Shown here one piece after another: positions 41,001 to 55,100 of a DNA stretch of 64,000 nucleotides. Location of the stretch: assembly GCA_030141605.1 (NCBI GenBank), contig JAQGDQ010000045.1:558001-622000 (forward strand), read 5' to 3'. The notes under the pieces are model-generated. The model did no database searches, had not been told where the DNA came from, and saw only the letters and a program-made list of their open reading frames with translations. The position numbers and the translations under genes were made by a program. This DNA comes from Tubiluchus corallicola (lineage: Eukaryota; Animalia; Priapulida). Numbering within the stretch: position 1 is the stretch's first letter; each line of letters opens with the position of its first letter.

Positions 41001-43365
41001 TTTGCCACTTCTTCTTTCTTCTGTGCTTTGTTTTTTTTTAGAAAAAATCTAGCGTTGTCGTATTTAGCAGATTAAACCGAACAGCCATTTAACTGTAATA
41101 ACACATTTACGTGGCATTTGAAAGAACTATTAGCTATATCTGATTGTATTAAACTTTTTATTAATAACTAATTAACCGAATTTGGTAAACGTTATAAACT
41201 GGTGGCTTCACCTATTGGGAGTTCGACAAAGAAATGTTACAGATCAACTTTTGGACCAAATTTTGGCTTGGTGATCTCATACCTATAATACCGCTGTGAC
41301 TGGATGATTAACTGGGTCACGACAGGCATGATTTGAGAGGTGCAGATTATTCCACGAGGTTACGGAGATAGTAGTTAAAGGGCCGACTCAGCTAAAAGGC
41401 CAATTGATTTTGTCTTTGTCGGGGCGTTGGCCGTCAAGACTTTGCTTCGGATACTTTTATAATCAACTTCATGACTTGCAATGGCTGCGTGAATTGAATT
41501 GTTCACACTACCAGTCATTATCTTGAGTAGACAGAACGTGAGCTATAAGTCTGGTATTTGGCAAATGACATTTTCCTGTGATGGGTATGCTTCCATGATG
41601 GTGAAGTTTTCAACCAAAACGGCACAAAAAGTAGACTTCTATACATTCTGAAAGCCTGGTACCTGACTCATTAGGAGGAGAGGTCGTCAGGAGAATCCTG
41701 GTGATCTGTCATCGTACGCTAGTCCCGTTAAGCCAGTGGGACATTGGTGCGGCCGCCGTTGCCGACGAGGCTGTTAGCAAAGTGATTCTAGCCACCTAAG
41801 TGCGTGAACTCCGGAACTTTACGGGAGACGTCCCGCCTACGTGAAACGTCAACGGACTGATATTAAATGAGGGGTACCCCGCTGCTCTGGTGCAAGTTCT
41901 CAGTTTTGTTTATTGTTTTTGATTAATTAATTAATTATGCCAATTAAAATGTTAAACCTATGGCAAACCGTTTGTTTATTTATTCTTTGTTGTGTTCACT
42001 GTTTCCGTTCACACTGTATCACAATTGGTCCATTCTCTGTACTTTAGGACGGACCGACCCCTCCTGCGCTTGTAAATGCCTTAGAATTAAAACAAATATT
42101 GCTGCTCTTTAACATCTGGAGTCACCGACCCGTTAAGCAATCCATCTTGACCTAAGTTGGCCGACCCAAGTTCGAGGCCCAGTTGGGCTAGCAAAGAATT
42201 TCGTGACCCGAATGTTACACGTTGGTTGCATAAACTTTTTTCTGCTAAAATTTCTTCTCAATACTGTAAAGCATTTTTAACAGCTTATCCCAAGTCTTAA
42301 TTGCGCTCTTTATCTGGATTATTATCACAAAAAATTCAAGTCTGGTGCCAATATTGTATTTTATATAAAAACTTTATGTAGATATTTATCACTAGTCATT
42401 TCTGATTAACGTTCCTGAGAATATTTCTAGTGTTGTTCTTCCGACAATGTAAATGCAAATGAGGCGGCAACAATTAACCAAGTAATGTAACGAGAGATTT
42501 CTATCCGAGGAATTTCATCTCTGGTCATTGGAAAAGCCCTATAGCAATTAGCGATTGGTCAGAAAAAAATCATCTCTGTGGACTTCTGATTGCTAGGAAA
42601 ATCATTAACGTGATTTCTGTTAATAGGGCGAGTGCAGTAAACGAAAGTTCTGCACTTGGAGGCCCAAAAAATTATCGTTAAATCGAAACATGCATCGTTG
42701 AGTGAATAAAAAGTGTCAAAAGATTAGCGTCATTAAAACGAAACGTCGCTAAATGAGGAGTTGTTAAGCGACGACTTACTGCTAAGTCAGTTATGAACAT
42801 AAGAACTGGCGTATAACACATTATTCCATTCACGTATTTTGATTAATCCAGAATTCCATAAAACACAAAAAGACGAGCCATTAATATATGTATGTGGTCT
42901 GAAAAGAAATTTTTCCCCTTTTCCTGCCGTTCTGTCTTAATGGGTTAGGGGTGAGGCTAAGGCATATTAAAAAATTTTAATCACCCTACAAAGCGAAAAC
43001 ATGTTATTGAAGAAATTTCAAAGACAGCTGCCACTAGTAATTACCATAATAATATCTAACAACAGTTTGATAAATTAAAGTGTTAACTTTACCTTAAAAG
43101 CATGCGCCAGCCCAAATGCCACAGCTGGCAAAAGAATAAACTGCGACAACATTCCGGCTAAAATGCCAAATGGTCGCTGAAAATGCGGAAGGATATCTTG
43201 CCAAGTTAAGGTTGATCCCATTCCTATAAGAATGATGATGACAGCGACTGTCATCGACCACTTCATAGCCATCTCCATTTCTGACTTTCCATCTGGACCT
43301 CGTGGTGCATTATCAGCTGAATCATTAAAGAAGGCATCTGTATTGTTTAATGTCTTGTTTTCCAT
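38034..43365 (-). CDS. SLC10-family sodium/bile-acid cotransporter (ASBT/SOAT-like, ~354 aa). Exons 43093-43365, 40192-40295, 39092-39296, 38034-38516
   Basis: GT-AG exons with phases 0,2,0 total 1065 nt. Family motifs are present: MGSTL, [57 protein letters not shown] and CRTVGLETGCQNV. The protein has multiple hydrophobic TM segments. Confidence 0.93.
41235..42219. mobile_element. Possible solo LTR (~985 bp) in SLC10 intron 1
   Basis: GC-richer block with a TGTTACA start and a TGTTACA end (TG...CA, 6/7 inverted match). No matching TSD was found. Confidence 0.4.
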
Positions 43366-44639
43366 TTCGTTTTCATTAAGTGTCCTTAAGTTTTTTGCGT
43401 ATTTTGTTGCACAATAATATGCTCTGTTGCCTTTGGTTTTCTTATAACAAAAATTCTACTATTGTTTCACACGCCTTGCATTATAATATAATATAAACAT
43501 AATAGAGCAATATACTGTAATATCACGCAGATATGTAATTTTATATTAAACATATCATTTTAGGCCTATAAACCACGAGTTCACTACACTAAAAATGAAT
43601 TACTCCCACGTATATTAATAATCACACATGATGCTATTATAGAATGGTTACTTCCACCAACGTTAGCATAAGCTGCAAACTACTGACAAAACATCCATTT
43701 TATCTAGGTAAAGCTGGATAGACACTACGCTTTTACAATTTAAGGCTATATAGTCCCAGCTCCAGGCTCATTGCTAAGTGAACCTATTTAAAAACCATTA
43801 ACCTCATTCGCGAAGCAAAACTGGTTCGTAGATCACAAGAAATTTTAGAAGGAAGGGATCCAGCAGGCAAAAACTAGAAACGTTAATTAGTTTGGGCATG
43901 ATTAATAATAAATCGAAAAATGTTTTGAAAATTTTTCAGGCAGCATGTGTTTGTTGAATTTAAACGTTCTTAAATATTTCCAAGTAATAAATATCTTACA
44001 TCTTCAAAAGGTTCATTTGAAAATAAAAGGCTGTAGCCTGTTAATAATTGAATGTAATCAGTTTAACTATTCTGTTTTGCATAGTAACCAATTGCTGCAA
44101 TAAATAGTGCTTAGCTACATCAACACACAGAACTACAATTAGGGATATACAAGGGCGTAGCAAGTCATTTAGAGACTGGGTGTATTAATATAGTAGCGCA
44201 GTTTACCAAATATTCCGGCAATTCTACCCGTCTTCATAGTCGAGGTATTAATATGTGATCTCCACGTACTGTCATTATCAATTTCAAGTCTGCAATATTT
44301 AATGCAATTTGGAGATGCTAGGTGGTGATTGCTTATCTTAATGTCAAATGCGTCGCTTTCTGCATGTGATATATTTTTCCAGTCAGCATAAATTCAGTTT
44401 TACTACGCAAGTGCTAATTTTTGCTAATTCATTATTAGTATTGTTTTGAAGTAACTGTATATTACTGTTCACATATAAAAAATGCTTGTATGATCTGCAA
44501 AGTGTGTGTGTGTGGGGGGGGGGGGTAATTTGTATGAAAGAGGTAAGTCATTACATAAACCAAGAAAAGGAGAGCACCGAGGTTTGAACCTTGGGTACGC
44601 CACAGTTAATTTATTTAGATCAGACCCAGTTTAATTGCT

Positions 44640-45180
44640 GGATAAAACTGAATTGTTGCTGATTATTTAAATAAGACTTGAGTAACTGTAGGGCTTGTCA
44701 TCTAATAGCAATTTTTCCTAATTTGTATAAGAGTATGGGATATGTTGAACAGTGTCAAGTGCCTTTGACAAGTCTAAAAAGATGCTACATATTTTTAGTT
44801 TATTGTTCAGACAGACAAATTCAGCATGAAAGCAATTTGGAAAAACACCTTGGGTAACCGAATTATTAATTAGCATAGCATAGTTAGGACAAGGTCTATT
44901 AATATAGATAGCTCATAGAATTTAATATTTTAAGTTCTATATCTTCTGGATCTGGTGATTTTTCTTCGTTAAAATTAATTTTTGTAATTGCTGTTCTCAT
45001 TTCATCAGTTATAACAGGAAATAAAAGCATTGATTCGCTGAAAGGTTTTGGTAGATAAAATTCAAAGTGGAGAATGGAACGTTAAAGCCATATTGTTAGA
45101 ACTTACTGACTGGAAAAGATTATTAAAATATTTGGCAGTATCTTGGTGATTGGTGAAGAATTTTCCATTGAAGTATAGTT
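44640..45180 (-). mobile_element. Decayed CR1/L2/Jockey-group LINE ORF2 fragment (reverse transcriptase N-terminal part)
   Basis: Minus-strand peptides SMLLFPVITDEMRTAI...KSPDPEDI, LINNSVTQGVFP, CSIFLDLSKALDTV and ILLYKL...ALQLLKSYL, with frameshifts and stops. Confidence 0.8.
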
Positions 45181-45344
45181 GTGTTAGCAAGATATTTACG
45201 TATGGTTCAGAGTTCACACGCGATTTAACGAACTAATCAATGAAACTGTTGAGGCGTGTGCCGTGCAACGTGTTGAAATCCGCCTTTATGTAACGTCAAA
45301 GAATATAGACCACAGAAAGTAGAGAAATTCTACTGTGCAGCAGT

Positions 45345-45530
45345 TCGCACAGTTAGTGTCGCCCTAGTGGCACAGCAGTACGGACTGTTGTTGTTAGGTA
45401 CGCCATACCGCAAGCTGTTCGCAGTACGCACACCGGTGTCGCACAGTTAGTGTCGCCCTAGTGGCACAGCAGTACGGACTGTTGTTAGGTACGCCATAGC
45501 GCAAGCTGTTCGCAGTATGCACACCGGTGT
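45345..45530. repeat. ~94-bp GC-rich tandem duplication (2 copies)
   Basis: tcgcacagttagtgtcgccctagtggcacagcagtacggactgttg...cacaccggtg at 45345 and 45439. Confidence 0.93.
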
Positions 45531-47479
45531 GTACTGTAGCAGATGAATTGATTAGACCACCAAAGCCAGGCTAGTCAACAGGGACTCATAAATTGCTCAG
45601 CAGTGAGTTGCAAAAACATAAATAAAATCTTTTTAAATTTCTCAAGGATGCAGCCAGGTAATTATAACAAAATGCTAATTATAACATAGTTTTGTAACTT
45701 TTGTTACAAGTTAAACATTTGTACACTAGGCAAATAGTGCAAGGCCTACACCTGTCTTTGGCGATTTTAAGCAGCTGTTATATTTTTGAATATTATTTAA
45801 AGCAAGCATAAGGCACTAAGAATAATTAGTAGTTAAAATAAAAACGTTAAAATAAAATAAAATAATAAATTAAAATAATATCTCATGAAAATTAATAGGC
45901 TTATTTGCCAAACAAGTTAAAGAAGTTGATCATAAAGAAAGTTTGCACATACCTGGCTCATGTAGTATTCTATTTCTGGAGAAATAGTTTTTCTAAAAAA
46001 CATTCCTATTTAATATGTTTTTATCACGAAATATAACCTGAAGAAATATTAGGCCTGACTTTCATGTGTAATACCTTTCGTAGAAAAAAATCGATTTTTT
46101 CAGAAGAGCAAATATTTTTTCCAGAACAAAACTTAATCTAAGCACCTGTATGTTTTATTAATTCCAAGTTAAAAGATGTTTAAAAAACATATAATCATAC
46201 ATTGGTCTCTGTTATAAGTTGGAGTTGATTATAAAATCACGTTGAACAAACAGAGATGCATTTACGACATTATTCCTCTTTTTTATTGTCAGAGGACAAA
46301 AAAAATAACAAAACGAAACATCAGAGCTGTCATCCTAAGCAGCCGACATTACTTCCACCTCTATAACAACCAACTAACTAGTTCAAAATCAAGTTATAGT
46401 ATTCAGGGGAGAAGCCAACCTGGCGCATAAATTAGAATCTGCAGACGGGTCATGTGTAGACATCACTTATATTTAACTTAATTTTTTCAAGATTCAATTA
46501 GGCTTGTGTCACAATAAATGCTCATTAAATTCAGTTTGTTTACATGTAAAAAATGTACTTGTATAAGCGCACTAATAAAACTCTTGTGGCTAAATCCACA
46601 GACAAGTTTTGATAAATAATTTATTTATTGATGGGCTTAAATTAATTGATTTTATATAGGCCTAGGTGCTAAGGGCAATCAATTTATATTGTTAAATATA
46701 TAGGCTATATAAAGGCGCTCTTCAAAGAATGCATACATCATACATGTATATGAAGCACCATATGCAATTACTTGTTGTGTGCATGCGTGCATGAGCACAT
46801 TATTTATATACAAATCTACAATATAATATATGTGTAATTATATAGTTTAATTGCAGGGCACATCAATGGGTGCAATTTTTAATATGCCAAATCTGCCACC
46901 TCACATTGGAGTAAAACGACCAAGAAACAAATGGCGGAGCCTTCAACAAAAGGAAAAGAAGGATCTCTCCCTCTCTCTCTCTCTCTCCCTTTCTTTCCCT
47001 CTCCCTCCCTCCCTCTCGTAGGAAGGGAGGAAGAGCAAAATTAATAAATCAACAAAAATGCATTACTTTTTTACTAAGTAGGTAGCCCTTCATGCAGTCA
47101 GCTAGCCACATTCCTCTGGAACAACAATAAAATTTTACTTACAAGAAAACTTTCATTATGTGTTTTTAGTTTTATAAAACTAATAATTGCTTTTATTTGA
47201 GATATCCTTTTTTTTATTAAAAACGCAAAAGTGTTTTTGGCTTATTAAAATTGCGAGTATGCCAACACTACTGGTGTATTTAAGAATATTATTATTATTA
47301 CAGTCAATGCGCGACTCAAAAGTTTTTAATCATTTACCGTTCGATGCCGCCAACATAGCCGCTAATCGCAAAAACGAAATACGTAACTACAATTTCGCCA
47401 TTTACTCTTTTACACTTTGGTAACGTGATGAAAGTTACACTACAAAGATTTCTCATACTGCTATAGCTTTTTGACTTAA

Positions 47480-48160
47480 AACCAGAAAGAAATAAAATAG
47501 GTAAGAAAAATGCATATGCCGCTAATAAGAAATTCCAGGTAATACGCTGGCTTAAACATAGATACCGACCACTCTTTGGTTATGACTAAGATTTCAGTCA
47601 AATGGGTAAACTGCTACGGAAAAAGCAAAGAACAAAATACTTAGATGTTGCCAAGGTAAAGGATAGAGATTATAGAGCAAAATACAATTTAAAGTTAGAA
47701 CAGAACATTACTAAATCTTCACCTGGTGAAACATCTGAAAACACAAATTTGCAATGGGAAAAACTCAAAGTTCACATAAAAAATTCGGCAGCAGAAATAC
47801 TTGGACATGTGAGATTTAACGATGAAAACGTTAAAGATGATGAGATAGAAGCGCATTGTCTACAAATCAAAAAGTTTTGAAAGATAAAATTCACCAATGT
47901 AAAAATTTAGCAGAAATTGATGATCTTAAGAAGAAATGCAAGGAAATTCTGAAGCAAATTCATGAAAAGCTAAAACAAATAGAAGAAAAAAGATGACTGG
48001 TATCGCAGAAGAAATTGAGCAAACAAAAAATAATTCCTCTAGGCATTTTAAAGTAATACGGACTTTGCAGACTTTTCAACCAAAGAAAAAATTAATTGTA
48101 TAAGGAAATGATGGTCTAATTACTGATGCTGAACAGCAAACTGAAGCAAATGACTTTAGC
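47480..48160 (+). mobile_element. Decayed RTE-like LINE fragment (end of the AP endonuclease plus linker)
   Basis: YAGLNIDTDHSLVMTKI (SDH-type APE terminal motif) followed, after a frameshift, by LDVAKVKD...YRAKY...QWEKLKVHIKNSAAEILG. Confidence 0.7.
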
Positions 48161-49122
48161 TAGAAACATCTTCCTGATACTTGCCACTCAATTCTTTGCC
48201 TGAGCCACACTTTCATTACGTAGACAAACGTCTTCATGAGCCCCACAAGATCTCTCGGTGGGCTGTAGTTTTGCACACCACTGATTTAAAGGATAGCCGA
48301 CACAATTGTAAACTACAGTTGTTATATGTCTGCCTTCGCTAGTTAGATGGGTACTAATAACTGCACAAAACGAAAAGTGTTGCACCAATAATCGGGCCCT
48401 GTTTGTGCCTCTGTTGTGGTTCAGTTGTGATGTAGCACACACATTTGAAAACCTGTGTGAAATTAGAGTTAAACTTAAAGTTTGAGTTGTGAAAATTAAA
48501 ATCTACTGAGTTTTATGTATGTTGTGCCGTAGCACTGCACTATTTATGCTTTTGCAAACAACATACAACACTTTTGTGGAATGTTTATGCTGTTGAAAAT
48601 TACCTTTATTTCTGATGTCATCACTTGCTGGTTATTAACTAACTTTTTAAGTTAAATTATTTAATTATCGGAAACATTTTGGCATTATTGTAGGATTAAA
48701 GCATGTCCTTTTTGAAGTAGTATCGTACTTAAAAATTGGGAGATATATATGTAAAATCATTTTATTTTCCTTTAAGTAGTAAAATAAGTATGGTACATTA
48801 TTTTAGTTAACTAAGTAAATTTGATAGTAATAAATAATAAATTTGGTAAAAATAATGATGCCTGATGATTCGTAGAATTTTAGCACAAAAACTGTCAGCT
48901 ATTGGTGAATTATTAGTAAAAAAGTTATTTAAAATAAATACTGAGTGCAGATGGCCAGGTTGTAAATACATTGTATGTATATATAATATGTATATGTGTT
49001 GAAATAAACAATTGTAATAATAATAATAATTCTGTGTTGTTATCTTTTAGGACACTTGTAAGCAACTACAGGAAAAAACATGGTAGGATTTTATCTAATG
49101 CAGTCAAAACACTTTAAACATT

Positions 49123-52100
49123 ATGTCAAGATCATGCAGTGAAGATGATGATACCAAAAGAGATCCTGAAAAAATCTGGAAAAATGTAAGTTGAGAATTT
49201 TGTTGACCTCCCAAAGGATAAAAAGAGTGAAGTTCCACAGTTAGTCAGGTAGTAGGTGTGGGAGAGGGCTGTAAACCACCTAATTGATTCTCTTACATTT
49301 TGGAGGTATTTTAGAGTACCAAATTTAAGCGTTATATTCTTCTGAAATGTATTACATGACAGTAAGTCCTTGTTTAACGGCACTACTTTGTTCCAGCAAA
49401 ATGTGACATTAAGCGAAACATACCTTGGATACATTCCAGGGACAAAAGTCAATAAAAGTTCATAAAAATTAAATATTTCATAAGTTTTATCCATATTTCT
49501 ACTTCTTAATTTTTTCTGCTTGCTTGAAACTGTCTGTATATCTTTCTTGCTTATGTTTCTGGCATTTTTTCTTTTTTAACTTTGAAGCCTGTATGTGGTT
49601 ACACAGCAATCTAGACACTGGGTGCTATAGCAACAGGTTGCAAGGATAACTTTGTCAGTCAGGGCATGGAGGTATAATTGCCAGTAGAACCCGCTTTAGC
49701 ATGTAACGGCTTTTGGGGAAACAAAAATATTGTGCTATCTTACGTTACTAGCAACATTTTTTAAAACAAGTAACACAAGAAATACTGTTTTAGCGCTTTA
49801 AGTTAGGTAATAAAAGTTTTGTTGAAATAAAAAGTTGCCTTATGCAGAGGCGGATTATGATTTTATGGGCCTTAGGCTTGAGCTTGGAACGGGCCTTTTA
49901 AATGTTGCTACACTGCTGAGCTGACGTGTTTTTGTGGAGCTCTCGTCGTTTGTAAGTTTGTTTAATTTTGTGAGTTTTTGCCCACCGATTGTGATAAAAA
50001 TTATATCTTCTTGATCCTTGAGTTGTGGACTAGGACAATATAAACACGATTACAGCTTGGTGAGTTTCTGGGTTAGATGTCAACTAAAATAAGCCAATCA
50101 GAAACTCTGAAAGTAACTTTAGTTTCTTACTAATTTCTTATATCTCTAAAGGATGACAAATTAAACAATTTATCACTGATGCATATTGAGTCAGGTATGT
50201 TGAAAAAAATGGACTTTTCAGAAATTATAACTGACTTTGCCCCCAGAAAAATTCGGAAACTGAAATTTTGAACTTAAACTTAAACTGTGTAAACGTGAAT
50301 TGTGTAAACTTAAATTGTGTAAACTTGATTTGTGTAAACCCGATTTGAAATATAGTGACTGACTTTTGAAAAAAAACTTTTTTCTATATTTTATTTTGGC
50401 GGGCCCCTTGCTCTTTTGTCAATTTATTTTTTTACCATGAAAATTTTTTTTCGTTTTATTTTGCCGGGCCCCTTTTGATCCCGGGCCTTAGGCTTCAGCC
50501 TATTCAGCCTATAGGGCTATCCGCTATAGGCCTTATGCAAAGTAAAAAAAATTGTTGTTAAAACAAAATTTGTGAGGAAAGGCTATCGAATGTTCAGCGT
50601 CGTTAAAACAGAACATCGCTAAAAGGGAGTCATTAAGCAAGGATGTACTCACTGTACTTCTAATAATAGCTTGATCAGTGACTGACTAAAAATCAATGAT
50701 TTATTTCCTGTTTAATCGAAAATCGGGTCTAATCAGCTGGCTTCTAAGTTTGAGTCATGTCCCTTGTCTCGCATGAAAAGAGCGCAAGCCAACATAAACC
50801 TAATTAGGAATTAATGTGTTTTTCCTCGGGTTATGTCTGCTTTGAAAATGTTTGTTTTTTGCAAATTTTTTTGCCTAGGCATGTAACTACAAAAATGGCT
50901 GCTATTCTGAAAATTACTAATACTAGAGATTCAGTCTACTTTTTACATGGCACAATAGCCTGTTGTATTGAAAATTTTTGTTATCAGTGGTGAAAATAAT
51001 GGCTGAAATGACATTTTTGTAACTTGAGGATGCGGATGCGTTTTCAACCGTGTAGAACAGCCTGCGGAAAAAATCAATAGGAAATAGCTGCAGAAAAAGA
51101 ATAACGCATCTGCAAGTTGCATAAATGCCACTTAAGTAGTACATGAGTTGTATGGTAAAGCAGTTTCGACTGAAAATCCATCTGATAAGTAAAAACCTAT
51201 TGAAACACAGAATATAAACACAAAATTTGGTTATAGGCGAAGAGTTACAGGTAGAAAAAGCATCTGTTCTACATAATTTAGAAATTTATTAATTATCTTC
51301 AAATTAAAGAAAGCAAGTGGTGTAAATCTAGAGATTATGGTAATTGCAATTATGTATACATATTGTAATTAGGTAGCCCATATAAGGTAGCCTAATCAAC
51401 AATAAAATAAATTTTGAGCCAGCAGTTCATAAGTGGATTGATTAGCTCGTGATTGGATCAGTGATAGGTAGTGATAGCAGGTGACTGATAGAACTCTTAT
51501 TGATGATCGGGAAAAGTGTAATTGGTCCAGCACTATTTAACATTTATACTAGTAAACTTTGGATTTTGATCTAATTATGTCTAGTGTCTAAAACTGAGCA
51601 CTCTATCCATTCTTATTACATTTTACTTTACAGCTACCTTAAACTCACTACCTTTTCATTTTGATAATATTTTAGATTTTGCTTACACAGTTTTGCCACA
51701 ACTTTGTAAAACTGAACATGTTGTATAATTCTAGTATGCTTACTGAATCACTTATCACACTGATACAATATTTATCTTAATTTGAGCAAATCTGCCAGGA
51801 ATTGAATCATCTCATGTTAAGTTATCAATCACTTATTCTAAGTCACGCTTAGAAGGAAATCACAGTTTTAATATTAGAAAAAGTTCTGAAATCACATTTT
51901 CTGCTTTGCAAGAATTTTTGTTTGTTTGTGTGTTTAAACAGCATTTTTCATGCAGCTAACGAATGCTGAACTTTACTTTTTGTAGGTTTTGGTTAATGTT
52001 TTGGGTCCATTTTCGGTAACAGAAAATGACAATAGATACATAGCGATTGCCACTGACCAGTATTCACAGTGGCCTGAGGAAAAGGTTCTTTCTAACTGCA

Positions 52101-55100
52101 CTGCTTTAGTGCTCTCCAAATTTATTTTGGATTTATACTTCAGGTAATGTGTATATATGTGCTGTTTATTCTTATTTTCAAGTCCCCATATTGTTTGCCT
52201 GTTTTGCAAACTGTGTTGACTGTCATCATAAGGAAAGGATTGGTGATGGCTTAAAATCCTGGTTGGTTGATCCAGTCAATTAAATAAATACTACGGTGCC
52301 AATACAAATCCCACTTGAACTTCTTATATTAAAGCTATGACAAATATTGAACATGCTAATTCAGTACTTCTCACTTCTGCTGGGCGTCACATATACATAT
52401 CATCTCTAATTTAAACAGTGGCAAACATTAACCTAGTGATAATAAAAAGTTTGATAAATTGTTTGCTATATATTGTCAAAATGCTTGATAGTGGTGGCTT
52501 GATACATATATTAATTATTTTAAAAATAAGTACAGGTTCTACTGGTCTATATCTTTTTTACAAATGTGTTAGATATTAATACTTTTTAAATATAAAACTA
52601 GGTATGGTAATTCAGAAATTGAAGTCTTTGGTGATGCTGCATTAGCAAGTGAATTAAACAGCATATTGCACAAGTCTCTGGATATCTCAGTAAATGCCAC
52701 CAATAAGCACTGCAATAAAGCATTAACAACGGCAGTTGAACGTTGTGTCAACTCATATCCTAAGGTATATTGATATACTATCAATTATAATTTGCCATAA
52801 AAAAGCAGAAATTCACAGAAAATGTTTAAAAGAACATTGTTCTATTTCGGGCAGTGCGATGTATAATTTTTAGCTAATGTCACTCATTGCCTATGATCTG
52901 TTCAGCATGGTATTATTGATAACATATGGATATTTATTGAAACTGGCAATTTCCAGTAATTTTTTATCTCTACCTCATGATAGTTTGCTAAATTCCTTTG
53001 TGTTCCCTCCTTTATAGATTTCGGGGTAGTGTAATTTTGTTCTCATAAGGGTGCGTCTGTAAATACTATGTAAATATGATATAGAATTGCATCAAAACGC
53101 TTCTGTTGCACAAATCAGAACCAGTTTAAAAGTTTTCATTTTGAATTTAACAGCTTTCTTATTTTCCAACAGTATATATTAATACCCTTATTTACAAACT
53201 GCTTTTCAATTCTGGTTAATTGCTCAAAATGGAATTTGTAACGAATGAGACACCATTTATATGTTGTCATAGCAAACTGAACTTAATGGCATTCATTACT
53301 TTGTATTATGTTTGTGTTGAGACTGGCATATACGCATTGAGAGTGGTGTATTAAATTAATATACTATGGGAAATGCTCTGAGACACTTAATTAGTCTGAA
53401 GTACAATGGTGTTAATTAGACACAAAAGCATTGCATTTTTTCTGTTTCTGTATTAAGTATAATCTCTTAATTTTTTTGTAAAAATTCCGTGTGTAGCTGC
53501 TAATATTTTGCTTTTATGATCTACTCTGGGCAATTGTCAAAAATAATTTAAGCAGTCAATTGCCTTTCCAAATAATAAAAATGTATTTATTTTATTTAAT
53601 AAACATTGTTTTGTTTTATAATATCAGAATCTGCGTCCAACCTTTAGGCAAAAAAAAATTTAACGAGAGCTAACAGTGTTTTCAAAGAATTTAATGTGTT
53701 TTCAGGTGTTAATAATTTTTATTAATTACATTTTCAATGTTACGTTTTGTAGAATTGGGATGTGCATATAAAAAGTGAGTTACTTGAATACCGAACAACT
53801 TCTTTTCATGGAAGCCCCTCACCTTTTTATATGATGTTTGGCCGACAATGTCACAAAATCATAATGCATACGTCAGAAGTGAAGGCTCAAAATTGTCAGA
53901 ACTATAAAGTTAAGGTAAGAAATTAAGATTAATGCTAAAGGGTTTTTTTAGTTTTATGATCAAGCAGTCAAATCTCACCAGTGTTCTTATGAAAATGTCT
54001 TATTCCATTTCCCATATTACGCCAAAACAGTAACGTCATCTGTAAATAATTTTTAGGTATTTAGGTTGTGCAAGCAATTTATTGCCATCATATTATAACA
54101 CTTGTGATGAAATTTGCTTGTTTTTTTTTGTTCAATAAATAAGATATGAAGAATTGACACCTAAATAAATTCAAGTGCATAAAACCATATTGCCATGTAT
54201 AGGTGCAATTTTGAACCTTCTAGGTAAGGCCAAGAACAAGCAATTACTAGTAAGATGTGTGCATGACAGATTATTTATCTTTGCCAAACTAGTGGAAGTA
54301 ATAAAATTTCTTTCTCTTCTCAGTCCTTTTTTCTGTCATCCTGCACCAAAGAAATGTATTCATTTCTAAAGGTTCATTGATGCTTATAATAAAACACTCA
54401 GATTCAGTATTTTTCATTTGACAAATTGTGGTGATATACAGTAGTCACCGCTTAATAGACTCACATTGGGACCGACATGTTTTGACTCAATTAATTGATT
54501 GAACCTATTAACCAATGGGTATAGTATTACTGCTATAGAAGTATGAGTCATCAGCTTACTATGCACTGCAAAGGCTTTTAAGCAATTTTAGAAACGAAGT
54601 AATGCCAAAATTCCTTTGTGCAGTTAAAAATTAGAAAAAATATTTTAAAATATTAATTTATATAAGTGAATTAACAATAAATTAAAAAGTATACTTTTCT
54701 ATTCTAAATCACACAAGTCTGAATTGGGCATGACTAAAACAGTTCTGAATCATCTGCTCACTTACATTGCTCCATGACATAGCCAGTAAATGTACTGTAC
54801 ATCTTTGACTATTAACTCATTAAGCCTGAAAGTGTGATTTGCAACTAGAGCATCTAAAGGAAACCACTAGGCAAGTGATTAAATGTTATTATGACATTTT
54901 ATTTTCATTTCAAACAATTCTGAGTGATTACGTTTATCTTCTATATCATATCCTGTTCTTTTTAGTTATGAAAAATAACAATTCTTTTAGCACACTCTAA
55001 TACGTTCAGTTCACGAAACGTTGTAGGTGATATGCTGTCGTTTAAAGAGAGTACATGTATACATTTGCAGCTTATTGTTGTATGTAGTGAGTAAGTTTAA

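Noticed and set aside
44150-44605. hAT-like ends caagggcgtag / gtacgccacag
   Set aside because: Weak TIR and no target-site duplication.
48862-48900. ctgatga...aaaac as a Penelope-type hammerhead
   Set aside because: The GAAA element is absent and the stems are unconvincing.
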